Shown here: positions 12,501 through 23,700 of the stretch, piece by piece
Numbering within the stretch: the stretch's first letter is position 1
Layout: every line of letters begins with the position of its first letter
Assembly (NCBI GenBank): GCA_037379345.1
Contig: CM074511.1
Span: 56,488,862 to 56,552,861 of the forward strand
DNA length: 64,000 nt
DNA from: Perna viridis
Taxonomy: Eukaryota
Direction: 5' to 3'
The notes under the pieces: generated by a model
What the model was told of the DNA's origin: nothing
What the model saw: the letters and a program-made list of their open reading frames with translations, nothing else
The model's database searches: none
Position numbers and translations under genes: made by a program

Positions 12501-14799
12501 TAATAGTAAATTACCCAAGGCTCTTCAGTGAGTGTAAACACGTCCAAGTAAGCACAGAAAGACCACGACAACAAAGCAATAAAATTCATGCTAACTTCTT
12601 AAAAATAAACTAAATACGAAGACACAATGTCGAACATTACTGACATTAGAGCGAAATCATCCTTTTCCAACCAAGTATCATGCTGCAAGCGCAACAGACA
12701 ACTTTAAGGTTTAATTGATTCTTGATAGACAACAACTTGGGATCCCAAAGGCTCATTTTGTCCATATTAAGCTCTTAGCACATGTCAGAGGCGAAGCACC
12801 CATATATCGATTGGTGCGAAGGAGAGTTGTTAGGCCATTGAGCATAAAATTCGGACAGAAAGTTAATACAGCGAGTAATCATTATTCTCCAGAATGCCAG
12901 AGACCACAAGTTAGCAATAAAAAGTTAATGTCATGAGTAAAACATACATCTTATATCATTTGTCTCCCCTAGACGCTGTGACCAAAAACAGGTAGAACAT
13001 ATTAGCTGTAAGAATATACAGAAGATGATGAAATATTAAATATGGGCTAAACCAATCAGATGCAATCATTCTAATGGCCGACATGAAGAAAAAAGGGGAA
13101 TTCATATGGGGATTAATGCTATAAGTTGCTGATTTAAGTCCAAATTTGAACAAAATTAACAAAAAATTCCCAACAAAGGGGGTGGGGTGCACCCTGAGCC
13201 CCCCCCCCCCTGTATCCACAAATTAAATGACAACACAAAATATCAATCACTGCAATTATCATGTAGCCATTACAATATTAAAATCAGATGCAGGCATCCT
13301 GTGACAAAAGAACAATTTTGTAGGCATATGATATAGGATTGGTAACCAGATAAAATAACCAAATGCAGCCATTCAGTTGGTAATATAATGATAGGGTGCA
13401 ACCAATATGTGGCCAATAGAATATACAAATAAATGCAACTGTTGTATTAACAAAAGGTTGTAGAAATCAGTGGCAACCATTCTTCAGTTGACAGGATATG
13501 ACAAATTCTGTTGGTAAAAGGCTATTTTAATCAGATGCAAGATGCAATAATTCTGATGGCAACACAATAAAACAATCGAATGTAACATATCTATGGGCAG
13601 TGGAATTAACCAATGAAGGAAACCACTCTGTTGGCAATATGACAGCCAAATGAGACCAATCTGGAAAAAGATATGACATCAAATGCAAATATTTTGTGCA
13701 ACAGGATACAAAAATCTGTAGACAATAGGATATAACTAACAGATCAACCACTGTAAGGGCAATTATACATTATTGATAAGATGACAATATGACAAATCAA
13801 TCTGATCCAAAATATTCTTCACATATTAATCAGAAGAACATTGGACATGTTGTACAACAGGAAATTTATACTGAAATAGTAATAGTCTGTTGAATAGATC
13901 ATTGCTAGACCAAAAATGACAGGATATATAAAAGATAAGGATACCAAAAATAGAAAAGCAAAGACATACTAGAAATACATCAATATAAATGTAATCTTCT
14001 TCTTTATCTTTAAAAATCATTATAATTATGAAATAATCAATTGGAAATGATAAGACAACTATTGAAAACACATAAAGAGAAATGTGTTACCATAGATGCA
14101 AGTGAAGAATTTTTTTTTTAAATATAGGAAAGTCCAATTATCAGTCCAGTAAGCATTGTGACAAACTACCAACATGTGAACACTACACATTTCCTATGAT
14201 ATTTTATAAATCTTTTAAATCATTATCAATTTTGGTATAAAGTCATGTAAGATTTTAAAAAACTGGGATGATTATTTGCATTTGTTTTCATGTTAAGTAT
14301 CATGTATTTTTTTCAAATACAATGTAAGATAAAAGATGGAGTCAATGTAAAACATACATGTACTTCAATACTAATTAATACTAATTAAATCTTCCTTGCT
14401 ATTCATTTATAAAAAAAAATATTACTTGTACTTTATAATAAGTATAACTTCCATTCAAGCTTGAATGAAATGCCTTTTTTACGTCTTTCCAACTTCAAGT
14501 ATCATTGAAAATATAAATAGATGTCTGAAAATTTCAGCAATTTTCTGCACAAACATATTATTAAAATAATTAAAGTCTTGAGAATTAAATTGAAATCATG
14601 CTATAAACTTAACTATTTCAATTATGTATATGGCATTATGAAAGGCATATTTGTTGAATGACTTGTATAAAAAATTACAAAGTAATTAAATAAAGAATCA
14701 TTCATTCAAAGTAAATATAATTTTTCCTGTAAATTATTTTATGCAATGTTTTCTATCCAAGGTCAATTTCAAAATCTTTAATTCATTAAAAATATTGAT

Positions 14800-17700
14800 C
14801 TACATAGAGAGTTGGTCTTTTCCACTCTGTTCTTCACTAAAAGCTTCGTAAATATTGGCCGCAAATGTCTTTGTAGGCTCTAATAATAACAACTCCTGAA
14901 AAATGAAAATTATAAACTTTCATTTTCTTAACTTGTAGAAATGAACATACGAACAGACCATTAAAAGAAATTAATGCAATTTCAATTTAAGAAATGTCCT
15001 ACTTCTGTAAAAATTCTGAAATCTTTATATCATTTGCCATAATATTGTCTACTTTCACTATTTTTAACAATAAAATCCTTAATCTTAAAATGTACTTTTG
15101 CTCATTGATCAAACCTATTTAGGATTACATGTGTTTAATCCTATTCAGTGATGTGTTTGAGAAGTCCCTTTCTATTTGTGTTTTTTAAAGCTTCAAGCCT
15201 GCAAAATTGTGGTGTTTGGATCTAAAATTTCATCTTATGATTATTTCCCCCATATCTCTGCTTTACTATGACAAATATACAATGATGATACAAGTTTTTG
15301 ATAAATGACAAATTAGTAATCCCTCTGTATCAAAATACCTGTTTTAATTTGTAAATGACAAGTTCTGAGGTTTCTTTACACTTGCCCCACACCTTTACTT
15401 CACTTAAGAATTATGAATTTGAATATTATACAACTGATAAAGTATAAACTGTGAGCAACATACCTGAATGAGAGGATTTGGTGCATCACTGCATAGCTTG
15501 TACAGCAAACCACTAACTATAGGGATAAGTTTTGCCATTGGTAATGCAACTTCATGGAAACTGAAAAATATAGAAGACTGTTGGTAGACTATAATTCCAT
15601 ATTAAATATTGATCTTTATTCCGTGAATAGCTTAACCCTTTCCTTCATGGGATTTAGCTGATGTGTCATTTTTTTTACACAAGTGATGCCAGCCTAAATA
15701 CAAAATGTTCTAGATCATTCAAATTAAGTCCCAAAAAACTTAAACTTGGTTCATGGTTACCATAGAGACAGCAGGGGCCCCAAAAGGAAAGAAAAATGTA
15801 TTTTTCGACAATATTTTCACTAAAAATTGACTGATAATTTTTTTTAAATAAGTATTAAATGGTTAAGTCAGAAACCTAATAAAATATAGTTATTGAAAAA
15901 AAAAATTCCGGCTATTTGGCAAAACTGTAAGGCCTCCAGATCAGATGTTACTGTCAGTGAGGGGCTTCAGCCTCTTTGAACCCCTAGGGGATTTATTAAA
16001 TGATTAAGAGTTGAGTTCTATACACGAATAGGATGTCAGCTGTATTAAGGTTCAAACTTCAATCCTGAACCACAGTTGTTTTTATTTAAAATTTGGGTTT
16101 GTTTTTTTTTTAAATTTTTGACAGTGTTTTCTATATGCAGAGAGTATAGCAGCCATTTTGGCGCACAACAAGTCTTGATCTATGAAATGAACATGTATGG
16201 GAACAAAATAAAGCCAATAAGTGAAACTGATTTTATCAAACATTCTAATGAATCCAATTTGCAAAATTTATGAAAATTGCATATTTCCAGACCCCATGCC
16301 GTAAAAACACCACCCACCTCCCCCTTTTAGATGATTCTTTTGATCTGCTGATGAGTTGGATTGTTTATATATTTTTCGTCTTGTAATATGAGAATAATTT
16401 GATTGGATCATTGAAAATTAAAATGTGACTAAACCCATTCAGATTCATTATAGGCAGTTATAAAAATATATAATTTAAATTATACTAGACATTACTCTGG
16501 CCTGGTTGTTATTGTGTCATTACACAATACAAATATATAACATAAATTATACTAGACATTACTCAGGCCTGGTTGTTATTATGCCATTATACTATACAAA
16601 TATATAACATAAATTATACTAGAATAATTCTAATCATGAGATTCTTCATGCTTATAGCCGTTTTTGATTGGTCGAAAACGTCGTTGCCAGAAAGTTCATA
16701 CATGCATGAACTTCGCCAGATTGTTCATACATGCATGAATGCCAGTCAACTTGAAACCAATATGGCGGCCGTGTAGTTTCGAAAGAGTGTGGCAACAAAC
16801 TGAACGGCATAATATACCCGTAAGAATAGTTTATTCCATGCACATTGATTTTACCGGTCGAGTTTGTTTACAGAGAGTAATTTTCAGCTTGGGGAAAGAA
16901 ACTTATAACTGAGTCTTAACTGAACTCTTGAAAATACCTTATTGTAATTTTCCCTATTCCTTGTTGTAATTCCTTAAAAATTTTATTCCTGTTGAATTGT
17001 TTTCATCTCGTATTTTAAATGCCAACTATCATTTCATCCATACCGCCTTCACTGTTGTTGTGCAGCCGATTATGTGTAAATATTCGTCTGCACTCCCATA
17101 CGTGTGCAAAGGAATGTGTGTGTATTGAAGCGTAAACATACACACAGTATGTAAATATAACCAACTGAGGCTCTCTGAGGGTAACTTTGACTATCGGATA
17201 GAATTATAAGGATTGAACAGCTATTTTCGGTTGTTCATGCATGCATTAATGGATCTCTCCACTACCAAACATTACATGAACGGCCTTTGGCTGTTCACTG
17301 AGTTTGGGAGCTCCGAGATCCGTTCATACATGCATGAACGACCGAAAATAGCTGTTCAATCCTATACATTAACCTGGCCTGGTTGCTATTACACTATACA
17401 GATATATAACTTAAATTACACTAGGCATTGCTCTGGCCTGGTTGCCATTAAACTTTACAATTTTTTTAAAAATATTCTTCTACACTAAATCAAAATTGAA
17501 TCTATATTTTTCATATTGTTAGGTGGAATATGAATTCATATCTGATTTGCAGAGCTCTTCTAAGTCAAGCTTGTAATAACAAAAATTGTAAAAATGTACA
17601 TGTACCAGTTCATATATTATTGTCTATTGGGTGAATATAAAGGATGCCTTAAAGTAGACAAAAACCCATCCCATGTTTAAGAAATTTTTTTCATTTCGTA

Positions 17701-20700
17701 AAATTATGGTTTTAAATAATGCAATAGTCATATTCTAACAAAATAAAACGTTTTTATTCTTAAACTGGAACTGGTTGTTAATTGGTGAAACATATGATAC
17801 CCAAATGTGTGTCACTAACATAAAGGCAATAGGAAAGCTTACTTTTGCCTGTGTTGGTCCTGTAGTAAATGTTTATAGTTATCAGCTAAACTGTCTAACA
17901 TCTGAGCAAATCCTCTATCCAGACATAACTTCAGTACACTATGGAAATCAGCACTGCAAGTATTTGTAAAACATTTTTAAGAAAAGAATGATTAATTTGA
18001 CTAGAACTGTAAGGGATCTCAATGTGAGATGTATGTACTCCCTAGCAATATAAATATACTATAAATGTTACATGTAGCCCTTAGTTGGTTTATCTCCCTT
18101 TAGAAGTACATGTATCAGGCAATGATAATACTAAATACTATCTCTAAACTTTTACCAAAATTGAATGAATATACTAGTTGTTGTGGTCACCAGATACAAA
18201 GACAAACAGACAGATAGACAGCCAAGGAAATTCTTATATACCACCGACTTTGTTTGCAAAATAAGGGATAAAAATGTTGAAGTGACTGTTGTAAGTGAGT
18301 TGTTGCAAGTGCAAATAAACAAAAAAAAACCACAACAACAAGCTTATTAATACATTTAATATGCTGCTTAATCAAAGCCATGGAAACACTTAAAGAAACA
18401 TACCTTTCAACAATGTCTTTAGTTTCTGTTTGTAGCTTTTTGTACATGACATCTGTTTCCTGAAATAAATTAACACTAGCGATAAAAGACAGCCAGTATC
18501 TGATATGCTTTCTATAAAGACAATTTAGTGACTATGAAACAATATCAATAGACAGCTAAATCAAAAACAAAGCAAGGTTTAAAATAAAAATAGACAGAGA
18601 TGAGTAAAGGTCATGCTAAAGTGGAATCATTTTTAGAGTATTGGGTTTATTACTACTATAGAAGTACAAGTCAGCAGTTATGCTTTGATACTGTAAAATA
18701 TTTAGAACTGCACAGATTACTCTGAGTAATGTGATGGCTGACAATCACATTAATAAAACTCACATTCCTGAACATCTCCCAAAAACAGGCGGTACAAATT
18801 GCTTTAGGGCACCACAAGGTATAATTGTACAATGATGTCAAATATCTCTGAATGAGAGGATTGATGCAGCCTCGTGACAATTTTATGACCAGGATTATTT
18901 AAATAGTTTTAAAGCCTGTTACTGATGTCCCATTAAAGTAGTTTTAATATATATATCTATTCCATTTTGCATGTGTTTCGATTGTACATTAAGCAGTATT
19001 ATGGCCAAAATTCCTCAGATGTTTCTTCTTTCCTTTCAAGTAGAAAATTCCCAACAAGATAATGGTTTAAAAATTGAGATTTAATTTCTCAACTCATCAA
19101 AAACTGCAAAGCATGAAACTGCATATTTTTAAGATATATTACTGATCTTGTGCAGAAGCTATTAGTTAAACAAGGCTGACCCACAACACTAAATTATATA
19201 ACCAATCTAAAACATGGCACATTGTTTTCTTAAGTTTCAAGATTCCCTTTAACCACACTAAGTTTAATTACCAGAACATAACTTTTTACTGATGGTGTGA
19301 TCCCCATTGAAGTTAAAGGTAATAATTGACCCTAGTTGTGTATTGCATCTAACTACCTATTGATTGACATAACTTCTCGATGTTTATATGGGATAACTGA
19401 TTGCTAAAAATTAACTGTAAAAACAGAAAATCCACAATTTTATGTTATTTATTATCCAAAAGGCAAATTGCAAAATTAAAACCTTGGATTTCGTTACAGA
19501 GGTCTGTAGGCATGATAACATGTATTTAAACAGTTTACTGAGTGAACTCTGAGAAGTACTGTAAAAGAACTTGAATTTGTGGGCACCAGTCTTCATGAAT
19601 AAGGGAAGAAATTCAAGTCTGTTGATTCTTGAATTGTGGTTTTGAGGTTTTCAGTTTACACATCTATGGAAATCCCCTTTTCCTTAGGAACCAAATTTCT
19701 TGGTTTGGCCTTTCCATGAAAACCATGAAAATGGGTACCCCACGAACAAAAGTACTTTCACTGTAATCTACATCTATGAAGATGTAGAAATGATAACCTA
19801 CCTCTATAGAAGTCTGTAGACATGATGACATATATTCACAGTTTACTGAGAAACTCTAAGCAGTAACCTACTTCTTTAGAGGTCTGTAGACATGGTGACA
19901 TATATTTACAGTTTACTGAGAAACTCTAAGCAGTAACCTACCTCTTTAGAAGTCTGTAGACATGGTGACATATATTTACACAGTATAAAGGTAGCAGATA
20001 AATCAGATACATCAGGACTTGTCTCCAGTCTTTCACGTATCTGTTCTATTATTGCTTGTAAATTGTCTATTGTTAGTCTTTCTTTCAATGTTATGCTGTA
20101 AAGATAAATTATTAATTCATCTTCAAATGCAATACATGTAGTGCATATGTATGCTGAAATAAAATGTACAACATAATTTCCTTCCTTTAAGTACATTAGC
20201 ACATATCAACCGGTACTCAACTTGATCAAATTTGCAAAAAATTCTAGGTTCAACTATGAAGTTTCTGTGTACCTAAATTCACTCTACAAGTTTAATTCTA
20301 CAACAATAAGGCAAATGTAAGATTGACTGATTGATTGTAGAAATCTTGTAAGATCCATTGGAATATATTTTTCACATTTAAAGATGGGAAAATTTCATCA
20401 ATTGTGTAGGCCTGTTTTTAATTATCCTCCTCTGTTAAGGTTTGGTCAAGGAAGAGTTATTCTGTAAGAAACTATATCACCAAAATGGACATATTGTTCT
20501 GTAACCAGTCATTACTTACTCCTTAGTTTGGTGGACTTCATAAGAAATAGGGACTACTAATAATAAAGTCTAAGAATCAAGTGGTGAGTGAGCTAAACTA
20601 GCTATATACCTGAGACAGTAAACCAGGAAAATGATATAGAACCAATGTTGGAAAATGATATAGAACCAATGTTGGAAAATGATATAGAACCAATGTTGGA

Positions 20701-23700
20701 AAATGATATAGAACCAATACTGGAAAATGATATAGAACCAATGTTGGAAAGATAACTTAGAAATACAAAATGATTCCTAGTTTGATATTATATCACATAT
20801 CATTTTTTTTACCTTGATACTTCTTTCCTTACCACCTTTTGAACTTCATCTGCTAAATCTGCCATACCTTGAATTACAATCAGAAAAAAATACATCAAAT
20901 CCAAATTATTATGCAACACACATAGCAAAGGTCTTTTTTTCCTGCAAATAACACACATGAAACACAGCCCTATCAACAAGCAAAATAATATATATAAGTA
21001 ATTTATACACAAAAAATTGTCACAACAAAAGCAGTCAAAATGCATAAAGAATTAACGAGAAGTTTCAGATATATCTTTAACAGTTTTACACACCTATGAA
21101 AAATCATTAATGAAACATTCAATTCTTAAATATATCCAAAAATCTTTTACAAACCTGTGCTGAAAAAATTATGGATGTCTGATAAATATTTCTGTTGAGT
21201 TTCTTTTGATATCAATACCTTTTCAGTCTGGAAATAGATAAATTAATACAACTTTGATCTTAGTACAACACTCTCTACTATTGCATTAAATTGATGTATT
21301 GGTACTGTAACTTTCACATATGGGTTTGCATTACAAAACAAGATAACCAGGTAACAAACATATATGATTAACAGGTAGAACAGAGTACTGTAAATTTAAC
21401 TAAAATTTCAGCATGTCATTCTGCCACTGAAGACATAACAAAAGTATTCACTGGATCAACGCTGTTGATATCCAATTTTAACCTTAGTTGAAAGCTAATA
21501 CCAGTAGCTATTTACTTTTCCATTTTGTTGATAAAGGCTGTCTACAAACATGTAACCTCCAATAATGTTGAGCTGAACCCGTAGAAGTAAGGTCATTATA
21601 CTGCAGCTGTACACTATACAAATACTCCTGGCAAAACCTGAAGTAAAAAATCCCCAAGAACATTGATTTTGGCAAAATATAATTTTAAGTGACTTAAATA
21701 ATTAAATGTATACAAGGAATCTGCAACTAGACAGATTACTGTAAAATTTTGTAGCTTGTATACAAAAAAAATTGTTCACATACAATGATACTGTAAAGTT
21801 TAGAGATGTTGTGATCACAAGAAAATTTTATTATTATATTATGATTAAACAAAAAAAATTAAAAAAAAAGATGTTTTCCTCAATTCTCTTGCTTCCCATA
21901 AGGTTTAGAAGTGTGTCCTGGGAAATCAATTCATTTTGAAAATTCAGTATTCCAACTCAACCTTGTCTTAACTCTTATATTTTATACTTGCCCATAACTT
22001 TCAAATCTTCCCATAATTCCATTCTGTTTTCTGGACTAAAATTTAAAACAATGTGATTAGAAAAATCATGTGTTTCCATCAATGCTAAATATACATATAT
22101 TTATATAGTATTCACTCAATAAACTTAATCTTAAAATTACATGTACAGCCAAATAAGTAAACCACATTAATATCTAAGCTACCTAAAGGTATATAACTCT
22201 TACTTGTTTTTCACTTCCTCAGAGAGCTGTTCAGTATTAAATCTCTTTGACAAGACATCTCTAAGTGTTGATAGCATGGAGAGAACTGAAAACAGAACAT
22301 TACTGGCAATGTGGCTTGTTTAAAATCTCTATGTAATTGTTGTTTTATTTCAAACAGTTTAAAATCATAAGAATTTTTTAACAAAATCATTGTGTTTCAA
22401 TTTATTTAAGCACATTTTTTAGCTGATAGGAAGATTTAAACAATTTGACTTTAACTAACGAATAATTCATAGTTCATGTAGTGTGAGTATTTTAAAGTCT
22501 TCCAGTCAATAACTCTTGATTATTATATTTTTTATCATTAAATCCTTCCTGCTCTATTGTCTTTATACCAACCTGACATATTACATGTGCGCTGATTACT
22601 GTCAAAATGATGCTGTTTCCTGTTAATAGAATAAAATTTACATTTGAATTCATGTAAATATGAACTTAATTACTAAACCAATGTCAAGATTCATATGACA
22701 AAAAATGGTTGTCTTTTGATTTTGGTCTTCAAGGTATCAATTGTTTGAAATATATGGCAATATTTGTTTTTTTCTTTTATCAGATTGACATTACTTGCTC
22801 TGATGTTAAATCTCTCTCTCTCTCTTTGTTCATATACAACTGTACAGAAACAACATATATTTATTTGTAATGACTATAACATAAGACCAAAATCAAAATT
22901 AAGTCTTTCCCCTGACCCTACCTACCCATGAAGATAGACCCTACCTACCCATGAAGATAGACCCTACCTACCAATGAAGATAGGCCCTCCTACCCATGAA
23001 GATAGACCCTACCTACCAATGAAGATAGACCCTACCTACCCATGAAGATAGACCCTACCTACCCATGAAGATAGACCCTACCTACCCATGAAGATAGGCC
23101 TTACCCAAATAATTTTACGACCATTCTCTGACAAGATTTAAAAAAAAACAATTATAGCAACATTTTTCATTTTTGATCATGTTTTATACAGATTCATGTG
23201 AACTATCGGGGAATAATAGGATAATTAATTGGAAGGAGTGAATAACCAAAATATGATCTTGAGTGCCGAAGAACGCCTAAATTTAACGAGTGTTAAACAA
23301 GTTAAATCTTACTGCATCCTTGGCATGAGTGATCATATTTTGGTTATTCGTGATAACCAATTGATTATCCTATTTATTATATCGATTTCCTCGATTATTC
23401 GTTGCTATTTTCAACATAAATTTCAAATTTTGTGAACAGCAGATTGATATCAAAATTGTGATGTTTTGGCAGGAGAAATTCTGTGTGAATTATCATAATT
23501 TATTACACTGGGAACATTTGATAAAACACTGCTATCTATATAATAAAATATTATTCCTACCTACCCAAATCCAAGACATAGGGTTGGGTAAGAGGAAATG
23601 AACATTTCATTTATTGTGGCCTTACTAATCTCAATCTAATATTTAATTGGTAAATAAATGTAAAATATAGGTGGTCACACTTGTATGTGTAATCGCATGA

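Larger units (their letters stand above)
22882..23624. mobile_element. TIR non-autonomous element (taagacc...ggcctta), copy 1, containing a minisatellite and a nested hairpin element
   Basis: Left taagaccaaaat...tttcccctgaccctacc and right gggttgggtaagaggaaat...tgtggcctta are imperfect inverted termini. A sister copy lies at 23835-24776. Confidence 0.6.

Noticed and set aside
15632-16310. piggyBac-like element starting TTAACCCTTT
   Set aside because: No matching right end (AGGGTTAA) was found, so the boundaries cannot be supported.
20626-23106. The 24-bp and 23-bp arrays as CRISPR-like repeats
   Set aside because: Head-to-tail units with no unique spacers, in a eukaryotic intron with no cas genes.
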